NCBI GenBank assembly: GCA_016748015.1
Contig: JAAOMT010000070.1
Coordinates: forward strand, 1-64,000
Length of the DNA: 64,000 bases
Source: Geosiphon pyriformis uo1
Lineage: Eukaryota; Fungi; Glomeromycota
Direction of reading: 5' to 3'
Numbering within the stretch: position 1 is the stretch's first letter; every line of letters begins with the position of its first letter. This document shows positions 1 through 12,299 of this stretch, one piece after another. Position numbers and translations under genes: made by a program. The notes beneath the pieces are model-generated. The model searched no databases. It saw only the letters and a list, made by a program, of their open reading frames with translations, and was not told the DNA's origin.

Positions 1-79
1 AGTACTCTAAGGTTGTAATGTCTGAGGTGGTCGCCACTTTGAATTTGTTGCTGTGTTATTTCCGTGGGAGAGCACCAAA
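1..79 (-). mobile_element. 5' internal end (PBS + start of gag extension) of a Gypsy family A element that continues left of the window
   Basis: Reverse complement TTTGGTGCTCTCCC directly follows the LTR; translation KVATTSDITTLEY matches KVAITPDVITLEY of the complete family A copy at 54096. Confidence 0.85.
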
Positions 80-1058
80 TGTTACCAGAGGTTTTTGGTC
101 TCTTTTCTTAAATGTTGGTAATATTGATTTGCTGTGAATTCACGTTTTCAGGAAGTAGTTGAACCTCCAATAACTGAATTTATCTTCAAATTATCTCCTA
201 TAATTTGAACTGCTGGGCTTATAAGTGGAATGGCCAATTCCTTGCCAGTTACTTTATGTAGTTACATTGTAGTAAATGTCAACTTTTTCCCAGGAATTGC
301 TTGTTTGAAAGCTCACTAAAATGTATAGTTACTTTGCTGTGAAAGTCAACTCTTCTACAGGAATCTTGTCTGTAGGCTACCCTAATGATTGTAATAAGAA
401 AAGAAAAGAAAAATAAAAGAAATGTAAAAAAAATAGAATTTTGTCAAGAGAAACATTTTCTATCCAGGCCTGGAGTCACTAACAGTTTACTGAAATTGGT
501 AGTTAATCAATTTTGAAATGTTAGTTGGGTTTTGGGGATTTTCCAAGTACAATAATTAAAAAATTTGGTTTTTCGACTTATTTGATATTTATTTCTTTTT
601 GTGTGTATAGGAACAGTTTTTAAGAGATAAATCTAAAGTAAGATATATTTTCTCAAAGAGAGAAGCTCTTCTTTTATACAACTTGTCATAATACTATTCT
701 ATGAACTTGAACTTTGCTATTTTCTACAATTTCGCTGAACTAAAGATACATTTCGGCAAACTACAAGTTATTTTGGCGAACTATTAGATATTTCGGTGAA
801 CTATCAATTATTTCGGCAAATTTCTACAAATTTCGGCAAACTTCTGAATGTTATATAGTTCGGGGTATTGCATGATTGATCATCACAATTAGGTTACATT
901 TGTGTTGTGTACAATTTGGGTTATTAATTAAATGATAATTTCGGACATTTTTGCTAATGTAATAAGTGATCATTTGAAATGATAATATATGCTAATTAAT
1001 GATAGGAATTATAAGATAATTTCATGCTAAATAATATTTCTAATTTCGTCTGATAACA
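80..1058 (-). repeat. Family A 5' LTR (~980 bp)
   Basis: TGTTACCAGA...TCTGATAACA inverted termini; colinear with the LTRs at 17175, 45230, 54142 and 55376; PBS adjacent. Confidence 0.93.
730..845. repeat. U3 tandem array of LTR-A, about six ~20-22 bp units (core TTTCGGCGAACTA)
   Basis: Visible repeats tttcgctgaac / tttcggcaaac / ttttggcgaac / tttcggtgaac; present in every LTR-A copy. Confidence 0.8.
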
Positions 1059-1233
1059 ACGTTATCTGGTGTTATTACATGTTATTTTGTGTTATCCTAC
1101 ATTATAATGTGTTATCCTGCATTATTTTAAGTTATAATGTGTTATTCAATATTATTGTACACTATTTTGTGTTATGTCACATTTTGGTCACATTTTTTTA
1201 TAACTTTGGATTGATTTTTCTACTCAGATAACA
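1059..1233 (-). repeat. Probable terminal fragment of a fourth LTR family (D) with a 10-bp tandem array
   Basis: Ends ...GATAACA (TGTTATC on minus), like the other LTRs; cuts the LINE APE frame exactly after LISVC; more than 10 units of GTTAT(T/C)NNNT; itself interrupted by LTR-A at ACGT. Confidence 0.6.
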
Positions 1234-1536
1234 GCATACAGAAATCAAATAACCAGAAATCTTATTCACTTTTGACACATGCCAAGCCAAAGAATTGTTC
1301 ATAATTATAACAACTCCAGCATCACAAAAACCAGCATCCAAACCAGTAGTAAAGACTTAGATATCATCAAACTTACTTATAATTCAAGGCCTAATATCAG
1401 ACCTCAATTTTGTTTCAATAACAATAGAAATCATATTATTTAAGTCTTTATGCCAACAAACAATGTCTTCTTGTTTAGCTAGATTTGTTATACCTCTAAT
1501 ATTACATATAGCCATCCTCCAAATAAGCTTACTTAT
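1234..1536 (-). pseudogene. LINE ORF2 N-terminus, apurinic endonuclease (APE) domain fragment
   Basis: Translation ..WRMAICNIRGITNLAKQEDI..SIVIETKL..AGVVIIM shows the APE N-x-R-G, ET and GV motifs. Confidence 0.85.
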
Positions 1537-2722
1537 TAAAGTAAATAATGTACTAAGAAATCTGAATTCATGTACAACAGATCCAACTTCCCTAAAATTG
1601 AGCCAATAAAAATCTCAAGAGCCATCATCTTAGATTCCAAACTGCCAACTTTAGAAGTAAGAACTTTTGAACTACTCAGACCTAAATTCACAACCTTGTC
1701 TCCCAATACTGAAAAAAAAAGAAAAAAAAACAGCTGTGAAACATTCAGAACTGTATTAATACCCAATGTTAACAACATAAAAACAGGACTAATTAGAGAT
1801 ATGACATAAAAAACAGGCACCAGGGATACTAACTCCACACTATTTAATCTGCATACAATGTCTGATATTTAATCAGCCAGTAATTCCAAGAAACATTTTA
1901 AAAAAGCCAATCATGTGCTTAGAAAAAAATCATTATTAGAAAAAAAAAGGCCTACCATTAGAACTTGAGACACCAGAAGAGACCAAAATCAGAACCATTA
2001 AGAAAAACATAAGAGGCAGATGCTGCTGAGACCATCTGGATCCAAAATTTGCCACCAAAAGTAGCAGAATAAGAGATGATAACACTTTTCTTAGCATATA
2101 ATTTGACTAGCTAAAGGCAATTCATTTCAGAAACAGACTTCTTAAATAATTTTGGGAGCTTAGAAGCAAACACATCTGTTGTATTACACTTCAAAGCAAA
2201 ATGACCAAACTTTCCATATTTTTTATATCAAACCAGATCCAATCTCACCCAAAAGAGTTTAATACTACTTAAGATTAATTTAATGCAATATGCAGACTTC
2301 ATATTATTTTCTAATTCAAAGCCAATTACAGTGTAGTGAATTCTATTGTCAGTATCTAATAATTGATTGATGATGCAAGTTTTTCCATCAATTTTTTCCA
2401 AAAGAGTGCCCAAATCATAAGCAATTGTTTCTATAGGCAAAGTAAATAACAGAGCTCTAAACTAATCCTTTAATGCCCAAGTATTACAATCTTTTACAGC
2501 TAAAGCCACATGCACTGAATTTTTTCCAATCAAAAATGATCATTTAACAGCTAAATGTTTAGCCTAATTCGATTTAGCAAATTTTACTATAGTTTTCTGT
2601 CACATTCCAATCAACTGAATTTTGATTAACTTAATTTTACCAAATTTGAACACTGCAGTGACAATTATTTCTTTTGGCATGTCCATGGGAATTTTTTTAA
2701 TGACCACAGCCCAATTTGAATA
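1536..2722 (-). pseudogene. LINE copy 1 ORF1, C-terminal part
   Basis: ORFs 1536-1838 and 2228-2440 align with ORFs 27846 and 27153 of LINE copy 3; degenerate zinc knuckle (..GKFGHFALKC). Confidence 0.8.
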
Positions 2723-3049
2723 CAGTGAACTCTCTCTATAGTCTTTCTGGTTATAGTCATTATCTTCTTATAATCACATTTTTTTAAAAACCAAAACCAT
2801 TTATATATAATATTATCTCTTTATAGTCATTTTTACTATATATATCTCCTTATAGTCCTTATCTTCACAAATATAATAGCAAAATATAAGTAATTTCCAT
2901 TTTCTATAGTTACACTATAATCATATAATATTAGATATAAACATTAGATGTCATCTCATATTTAATCAGACATATACAGTCAGGGAGATTTTCTGATTTG
3001 TTAATGGAAATCATTCTTTTTATAATAGTAAAAAAAATTAGAGAAGTTT

Positions 3050-3490
3050 TTGGAAACAATTAAAGAAGTTTTTGGAAACAATTATAGAACACTAAACAAA
3101 ATTTCTGAAATATTACAACATTCAATTACTTTTCTTCTTTATAAGCTGCCACTGTTATCAGAAGACAATGATAGAACTATTATATTTGGCTTGTTATTTG
3201 TGAGTATTATGAGAGTTTTAATAATAGTTAATATATGGTACAGTACTACTGCTCTTGGTGCTTTGAAGACTAGTGGTGTTTTAAAGGCTGGTAGTGCTTT
3301 GGAAGCTGTTGCTGCAGGTATTAATAAAGTTACTCTGGATCAAACTTTGGCTAATGAGATTACTTTTTTTCTGTATTGGAAGAAAAAATTAACAGACTTA
3401 CAAGCAAAAATAATGGCCCAATGGGATCCTCTGGAAACAAGTTTGTTAATAAAACATTGCTCGAGCAAATCAACTGGGAATAGAGTTTGA
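3050..3490 (+). other. Unidentified ORF within the pogo cargo
   Basis: 146-codon open frame in otherwise stop-rich DNA; no recognised motif; possible short GTGAGT..CAG intron at 3200-3243. Confidence 0.25.
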
Positions 3491-3879
3491 ATTTACCTTT
3501 CTTTAAAAAGAAAAATGTGATCAATAATAAAACTCAGAATATGAGAATTTCGATATATACCTAATAAATACATTTTCACACCAACTTTGGCATCCACAAT
3601 TAAAAAAAGGTTCTATACTAGCAATTATATTCATCATTTGACCAATATTTAGTATTAGCAAGCAAAAGTTTGACTGATAGTTTTAAAAATGTATTAAAAA
3701 TCAACTTTTTTTGGGCAAATAAATCTGTGTTGAATGTTTTTTATAATTCAAACATAATCATACAGAATAGAGATTTGGATTTAGACTCAACATATCATGT
3801 TTTAAAAATGCCAATTATAAATGGTAATGCATCCAATCCAATGTAAACAAAACTGTACACAATACAATATATTTCTAAC

Positions 3880-4935
3880 TTCTTAAAGAATATTTATTAG
3901 GCTGTTACATAATTAACTTGATAAGCTTCAAAAACATAATCACTTAAAAAAGATATTAGAGAGTTAATAATAGATAATAATTGTGATTTTATTAACAGAT
4001 TTACATTTTTTAATGATTTGCTTCTTTACTTGTTACTGGAATTGGTTTTCAAATACCTAACAATGTTTTCTTAATTTGCCTTGTTTTAAAAAAGTCTATT
4101 CTTTTCATCTATGTAATTTCACTGAATTTTTTTATTTCTTTGCTTAATATTTATTTATGGCCAATATCACAAAAAACACAATTAGAAACATTTGGATTTA
4201 CAAATTGTGTCTTTTTTATCTGAACTTGAAATCAATTTGATTCAGCAATAAAGTTAAGACATGTATGAGACCTGTATATTTCACTTTTAGAATATCTGAT
4301 GACATTAAAAAGGTTAGTACACAATCTCTCAAATTTGATACAGTTACATGCTGCAATTTCCCAATGCTATTGTAAAAGTATAGAAGGAATTAATAATTTA
4401 AGAATTTTGTTAATTTCTTCAAGTATTGCATTATGGCCTTAATGTTGATTTGAAAGTTTAGATTGAAAAATTACAATTTTTTCTTGAATCAGCTTGTAAA
4501 CTTCAGGCTTCAATTATAGCCATTGTTCTTCATTAGCAATTTCAATTAATTGGTAAATAAGATGGCGCTGAACAAACCAAATTGGTGCAAACATTCATCT
4601 AGCTACGAGTTTTAATAAAGATCTATTGAAACAAACTCCAGTGCAAAATTTAATAATTGCTTGTAAATAAAAAAAGACTTGTTCATACTTTAACCTAAAT
4701 GTAGAATCTATTTCATTTTGGGCCCATTCTAAGTAATCTTCAACAGATGAATTTTTCTTAGAAACAACATATAACCACATTAATTTGGAAGCTATTGCAT
4801 GCCTATATATATTACATATTGAATTCCATGACTTATGATGATCAGGACATTTTTTAAAAAACTGCAGTTGACTTTTACTTTGATATTTTTAATATTGTGC
4901 AAAGTATTTTATATCAATATTTCAATTGATATAGG
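3880..4935 (-). pseudogene. Captured coding fragment, resembling the C-terminal half of an Academ/DUF6589-like RNase H-fold transposase
   Basis: Translation QLQFFKKCPDHHKSWNSI..LMWLY..ARxMFAPIWFVQRHLIYQLIE..NQHxGHNAILEEINK; the H-x-x-Y and (D)-x3-E-x2-N pattern recalls those families; assignment from memory only. Confidence 0.4.
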
Positions 4936-5311
4936 TGTTGTTGTGTTTGGAGGGCTTGACAACATAATATTGTGCTATCTTCTATGTGATTATACAAGTA
5001 TGCAGAGGATCAAATTAACAGCCTTTATTATTGATTATCAGTTGGGGGTAAGAGGCAAAAAGTATCACAGATGCATTATTGAAATTAGGTTTCTTTTTAC
5101 TAAGAATCTGTTATTTGTACTTAGAATCCTACAGTTGAATTAAAACTTTCATTTTTATAATTTGGCTGCTTTTTATAATCTGAGGCATCTTATATGACAT
5201 AAAACACCTCACATGTCTGATTAGATATAAGACAAAATGACATTTGAGACATAACAGATACATCAATACATTATAAAAGCAAAATACAATAAAAAGTGTG
5301 TTCTTATTAAC

Positions 5312-6866
5312 ATGCCAAAAAACGCAAACCAAAAGCAAGCAGCAATCTTTTTGGAAACTAAAAAGACTCTCTACCAGTACAAACTAGAGCATCCTGACTA
5401 CTTAGCAAATAGACTTATTGAAATATTTAATCTAAAGGTTGACCACTCTATTGTAACAAAAATACTTGCGAAATTAGACTAATAGATTGAAAAGAATGTA
5501 TTTGGCAACTCTGGTCAATTGACAAAGGACAAGAAAGAGATGTTTCCAAAGATAAATGATGTACTGGGAGAATGAATGCTTGGAGCACTAGCTACCAATT
5601 GCATTCTTACTGGAAAAATTTTACAAACAAAAGCCCTCAAATTTGCTGAAAAGTTTTTGGAAGAAAATAACTTTAAAGCATCAGATGGTTGGTTAGAAAA
5701 GTTCAAAAAATGTTATAATTTGCACCACATTAAGATGTATGGTGAAGCAAACAGTACCTCCTTGGAAATTTTACCAGAGGAATGAGAAAACTACATGAAA
5801 TTATTAGTGAATATGATCTAAATGATGTTTATAATACCAATGAGACAGCATTATTCTTTAGAATACCACCAAATACAACTTTGACAACAAGATTTACCTC
5901 TGGTACCAAGTGTAATAAAAGTCAAATTACCATACTTTTTGCTTATAATGCAACAGGCAGCATTAAGTTGCAGCTTTTAATTATTGGCAAAGCCACAAAG
6001 TCACAATGTTTTTGTAATATTAATATGAATTCACTTTCAATTACTTATTGTTACAATACAAAAGCATAGATGTGAACCAATATTTTTAGTAAATGACTTA
6101 ATTTATTAAATGAAGAAATGTGTCACAAAAAAAAAGATTTTGCTATTGCTTAATAATACTGATTCCTATGGTAGAAAATTTTCTATATTATCTAATATTA
6201 TTATTAGATATCTACCATCTAATACAACATTCCATTTGCAACCATTAGATGCAAGAATTATTGCATCTTTTAAGGCACAATACTGAAAGTTGTTATTTTT
6301 TATCTTATTAATCAGTATAATGACAAGATTCCAATATCAACAGTAATATTAAAAAATGCAGTTGACTTTCTAATTGATGTGTAGTTAGTAATAACAACAA
6401 CTACAATCCAAAACTGTTGGCGTTATATGGGAATTCTGAATAATAGTCAAATGTCAGCCCATCTATTAGATATTGAACAAAAACTCCCACAAAAAGTACA
6501 AGTTTTTATTGAGTATGTTAATATTAACAAGTTATTGGCAATAGACTTCATTAATATTGACAAGTTTGAACCATTATTCACTTATGCTTCAAAGAATAAA
6601 ATTGTGAATCTTATTAACAACAAATATAGTAGAAATTCTAATATAAATAAAGATTTAGAAAGTGAAGATAAAGATGAATCTTTGCCTTTGCTATCTACAC
6701 ATCAAGATAAAACTGCACTTAAAAATACATTGTGCTATTGTGAAGAGCAGTATAGTGAAAAAGTTGATTCAGACTTTTTTAAAACTTTGAGAACATTAAT
6801 TTGTAATACTGTTCTCAAAGTTTAAGAAGAAAAAAAACAGTTGTAAATAAATAGCTTTTTTAAATA
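5312..6866 (+). pseudogene. pogo/Tigger transposase (CENP-B-type HTH + DDE_1), disrupted
   Basis: FKASDGWLEKFKK, GEANS, VYN-x-(D>N)ETALF, ITILFAxNATG, LPxNTTxHLQPLDA-x-II motifs across ORFs 5576, 5782 and 6427. Confidence 0.9.
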
Positions 6867-7008
6867 AAATATATATAATTAGTTATTATATTATGCATGT
6901 GATATATAGATCATGTGATAAGATATTAATTATTTTTTATAGTTCTATCTCTCTATAGTCACCACAAATGTGCTGACCAAAAGGTGTGATTATAAAGAAA
7001 GTTCACTG

Positions 7009-7700
7009 TACATTTCTTGTTTTTTAACATTAACATTTATGAAAATTCTATTTTTTTTGACCAATAAAGTGGTTTTCTTCATGCTAATATCTGAAGTGAA
7101 GGTAGATTTAATGATCTTTTCAAATTTTGAGGAAGTAGTGGCCCCTCCAAAACTATTGATTAATGAAAATAATTTTCTGATTAATTGAGTTTTAAATGTG
7201 GCAGATTTGCCTTCTACTGCTAAAAGATTAATATTTAAGACAAACAACTTCTTAACTAATACTTCTACCAGAGTTTTGATGATCTTTGGGTCAATCAACT
7301 TCTTGTCCAGAAAAATGGACAAGTAAGAGAGAAAAACAACTTCATTATCATCCATATAAAAATTGGGAGAACTAAGTAGAAAACCAAAACCAGTACTAGT
7401 ATTAATACATTTTGCCTTGGAAATGATAGCAGCTAAGCCCAAAAGAAATTCACTATTCATATTAGTTATGCTAACATCCTCATCATTACCAAACAAACTA
7501 TTCATATTAGAATACACATTATTACCAGACCCATATTTACTCAAGAAAATATCTTTTTTATTACCAGAATGTTTGACATTTCCAAAGACAATTTTCTTCT
7601 TTTGAGAAAAAGAACCACCAATAAAATCATGAAAAACACCTTTGAGTGCCTTCTTTTTAGGCATAACATTATTTGTAGTAGTCTTTAATTCCACGAAAAA
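7009..7700 (-). pseudogene. LINE copy 1 ORF1, N-terminal part
   Basis: ORF 6990-7739 (IDPKIIKT..INSFGGATTSSKF..) matches 26260-26900 of LINE copy 3. Confidence 0.8.
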
Positions 7701-10700
7701 TAGGTTATTAGATGAAAAAATATTAATATAAACTAACAAAAAAAAATAAAAAACTTCTTTTTCAGAAAATGCACTTTTTGAGAATTTTAAAAGATAAGAA
7801 AGAAAGAAGTTTTTTAAAAATTATGATTTTTTTCAAAATTATATAAGTAAAAAAATATTTTTTTTAATAAGTAAGACTCAAACACTATCTAATATAATAC
7901 ATCAAATTAAGTAATCTAAATTAAATGCAAATTATGTATTTTTTACATGTAATCAGCTATTTAAACTGATTAAAACAATATTATAAATCTATCTTAACAA
8001 CAATATTACAATTAATATTAAAAAAAAACATGCACAACTTATGTAAACCAAAACTTATATCAAATATTTCTGCAATTTTAAGCAATTTTATAACATTATC
8101 AAAAAGCAAAAATAACAAATTATAAATCACAAAAAACATAAAACTATTACAAAATATCAAATTACTTTTTTTATAATTACTTTATATTTAAACTTAATTA
8201 ATTATATATTCTTATAGTAAACTATTCTCAAGTTATATATAAAATTTACAATTTTTTTAACAGCAACTTTAGCACAACCAAAAACAGACAAGACTTTCAA
8301 ATATTATTTTTTAAAAATTACATCTTTGTATAAAACAATATAAATTATATTATTGAATATATATATATAAAATAACTATAAAACACAAAATAATAACAAG
8401 TTTAGATTTAACAAAAATTTTTACAAAGTTATGCACAATTTAAACAACTTTTTACAAAGAGTAAAATCCATTTTATATGTAAAAAAATGATCAGAAAACT
8501 CAATTTTTCTACAATAAAAACACAAAACACTAAAATATTTTTTATTATACAAGTATTTTTAAATAGTAATAAGCAAACAGCAATACAAAACTTTTATAAA
8601 ATAAAACTACAAATTAATAGTAAATTTATTTATAAATTCAGAAATTATATATAAGTTAAAATACCAAACTAAAAAAGTTTTAATCTAATCAATGTTTTTA
8701 ATTAAATTTTTATTAATAATATTAAAATCAAATCTAAATTTCTAACAAATACAACAAACAGTCTTAAAATTATTATAAACAAAGTATTAAGCATTCTCAA
8801 AAACTGTTATATTATCAATTTTTATATATCTTTTATAAATTTTAACAAAAAGCACCAAATCTAAGTAAAAATTAGTACTAATCAGCTTATTAGTCTTTTT
8901 ATTATCTAAAATATTCAAATAGCTTTTAACTTTAAACCAAATAACATTAAGATTTTTATATCTAATAAAATTTGTAATTTTTTATTTTTAAGCCAATAAT
9001 AATTGCAAAAATTCAGTAATACTAAATGAAAATATATTTTAAAACCAATATAATTGTTTACAGTTTTGTTAATATAAACAAAACTAATTTATTAATTTTA
9101 ACATTAACAGCTAAATTTAAATTAGCAAAAAATACAATCATATTATTTTTTACTTTAAGCATATCCAAATTTTTTAAAGAATTATTTATGTAAACATTAA
9201 TAGTATCTAAATTAACATTATTAAAACTTTCTTTTATCACAAAAAATTACTAAAATTAAGTATATCAAAAGATCAAAAATTATTAATCAAAAATAATTTA
9301 ACATAATAAGAGATCTTACTATACAAATAATTAATCACTAATCTAAACCAATTAGAATCAAAATCTTAGAATTAAGTTTCTTTTAGTAATAAAATTTTTA
9401 TAATCAAAAATTAATCTTTTTTTAGTATAAAACTGTTTGACAAAAGCAATACCAAATTTTCTAAATAAGCAAAAAACTTTATAAAAAACAAAATATTTTA
9501 AAACAAAAAATATTAAATATCAACAAAGAAATAAAACACAAAAAACAAATTATTTACAAGAAAAATATTATAATTCAGAAAAATTTTTACAATTTCAGCC
9601 AAAAAATTATTTATCAGATTAATTCTTAATTTTACAAAAAATTACAACAAAAAATTGAAAAATTAACTCAATATTTGTAAATTTAAAAACCTATAATTAA
9701 ATAAATAACCAAAAACATTATTAGTATTTAAAAAAATTATTATTAAAGCTATTTTATTCTCTGTTTATATTTGTTTGAAAGTTTTTAAATTATATAAAAA
9801 TAAATAATAAAAAGTCTTACTTAAAAAATCTTTTAGTAAATTAGCTTTTATATTTAAATTTTTCTTAATTAACATATTTTATTTATTATACATACTTTTA
9901 AAGACAAAATTAAACTGGATTTTGTAATTTACAATAGATTATAGTATAGCTAAAACCAAGTAAAAAAATTGTTTATTTAAAATAGTTTTTCTTAAAACCA
10001 TATAAGAAAAAAATTTAATATCTAAATAAATTTTAACCAAATTAGATTTGAACAAGTCTTTTGATAACAGAAAAATGTTCAAATATTTATGAGATTTTTT
10101 TTTTTGCAATAAAAATTGGCAATTTATTTATTAATAATAAAGTATTTTTAACTTTTTAATTGATAAAAATAGCTACTGTTTTTTATTGTTAATTGAAATA
10201 TTATTAATTACAAAAAACTTATTAGCAATATTTAAAATATATTGAATAGTAGCTTGACTATTTTTTATTCAAATTGTATTATTAACAAAAGCACTAGCTG
10301 TTAAATAAAAAGTTAATTCAGTTTAACTTTTAACTTTGCCAGTTTTGATTACAAATTTAGTGTTAATTTAGTAGTTATACAAATTTTTATGTTTTTTTAT
10401 CTTATATAAAAGATAATTATAAAAGATTTTTTAAAGCAATAAAAAGAAAACTTTATTCTAATTCAAACTATTATGTATTTAGTACTTATTAGTTAATTTA
10501 TAATTTATTATAATCTAATTGATTTTGTTATTATAAAAAACATCAAATTTGCTACAAGTTAAAAAAATACTATTTGAAAAAATCTTAAAAAAAATCTTCT
10601 AAGCAGTTTTAATTAAAGCAATAAGTTTAGTATTAGTTAAAATTTTTATTTATTTATATGACTTAAAAATTATAAAAACTCAAATTTTTTTTTAAGATTA

Positions 10701-11481
10701 AAAAATTAACTTATATATTAAATAAGAGTTCAATAAATTCAAAAGCATTTTTAAAGCAGAATTATTATAATGTTTTTAAAGTTTATTAAAAATATCAAAC
10801 AAACAAATAATTTTTTTGTTAAACAAGTTTTTAATCACATTAAATAATTTATTAAGGCCAATAATATTTATAACTTTAGAAAAAGTCTTATTATCAACAT
10901 AAGTTAAAGACAAATATTAATAATATTATAAGTTAAAAATATTGTCTAAAACTTTTTTTTTATACAACTTTTTATAATTACATTTACTTTTGATTTAATA
11001 TTACTAAAATTCAAAACCAGCTTTTTTTTAATAAACAAGTAGTTTAAAATTACTTTGTAAAAAAAATACTTCAATATATTTTTAATAGTGTGGTTTTTAT
11101 TTATGACAAAATTCTTTATTTATTTGGTAATAACAGTCTTAATTTTTAATTTCTTAGTTTTTAGAGACTTAATAAGCTTAAATATATAATAAAAATTTTT
11201 TATAATAAACAAAACAGACTTAACAATATTATAATTAGTATTTGAATTCAATAAAACTTGAACATATAAAGTATTATTATTGTTTAAAAACATCTAATGA
11301 TCTATTAAAAAAATAAACTTGCTATAAGATCTTATATGTAACAATTTGACAATTCTGAAAACCAAAATTTTTAGTTTATAAAATTTGAAAAAACTTTTGA
11401 TAAAAACTTTATTAAATTTTTTGAACTAAGTTTTAACAAAAAGCTTATTAGTTAAAAAACATACAGCTTTTTAAATAATAT

Positions 11482-12265
11482 TGTTACAGATTGGAGTAAC
11501 AAATTAATAAATAGCAAAAAAAAACAGAATTATAAGGTAATAAAATTAATTAAAAAAAAATTACAATAAAAAAACAAATTAAATAAGTAAGAATTTAATG
11601 TATATGATTAGTCTTATAAAAATTATAATTATAAATTTTTTTTAAAAATTTAAAAGTAGAGAAATAGTCCATAATTGTCAACAAGATAACACTACTACTA
11701 TTATTTTATGTTTCAACTTAGTGATTTTTAAAATTAATAACAGGTATTATTGTGCTTTTTAATTGTTTTTTTATTTAATAAATTACAAGAGCAAGCAATT
11801 ATTTCTTAGACTAATTCTAATAAATACAAATCAAAAAGAAAAAAAAATAAAGTATGTAAATATTAACAAGTAATTTTTTATTTTAAGATGTTAAGATATT
11901 TGAAAGTAAAAAAAAAAAAATAAACAATATGAAAAAAGTAATTAATAGTGAGTTTTATTTTGTTACTTTAATTATATTTTTCTATAGTTAAGAAACTTAT
12001 CACTTATATAGCTATTAAAAGTGGTCAATGACCAAATCATTGATCAAGTTAATGATTAGATTATTAATTAAGTCAATAAATAGGTTAATAGTTAAATCAA
12101 TAAATAGGTTATTAATTAAGTCAATAATCAAATTAATAATTAGATTAATAATCAAATTAATAATTAGATTATTAATTATTATCTAAAAATAAGGTGGCTA
12201 ATTATATAATATTAGTAGCTAATATATGTGATAATTAATAAAAACTATAATTTTTAACCATAATA
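11482..12265 (-). repeat. Family C 3' LTR (12-bp GTCAATGATCAG array at ~12024-12177)
   Basis: Direct repeat of 20312-21060; purine tract GAAGAGAATAA adjacent on the minus strand. Confidence 0.9.
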
Positions 12266-12299
12266 TTATTCTCTTCAAAGAGATTAAGTTTCAACAAAA

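Larger units (their letters stand above)
2723..7008 (+). mobile_element. pogo/Tigger (Tc1-mariner superfamily) DNA transposon with cargo
   Basis: 21-bp TIRs (CAGTGAACTCTCTCTATAGTC at 2723; GATTATAAAGAAAGTTCACTG ending at 7008), TA target duplication (2721-2722, 7009-7010), subterminal TATAGTC repeats. Confidence 0.92.
1234..7830 (-). mobile_element. LINE copy 1 (5'UTR, ORF1, start of ORF2), interrupted by the pogo element and truncated by LTR-D
   Basis: ORF1 reading NVKKQEMY|SNWAVVIKKIP is restored when 2723-7010 is removed; homologous to the LINE at 26120-33313. Confidence 0.88.

Noticed and set aside
730-1200. CRISPR-like repeat-spacer array
   Set aside because: Units are short, contiguous and degenerate, lie inside LTRs, and there are no cas genes
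6970-7188. ORFs crossing element junctions (6970, the end of 6990, the end of 55088)
   Set aside because: Chimeric read-through across TIR or LTR boundaries
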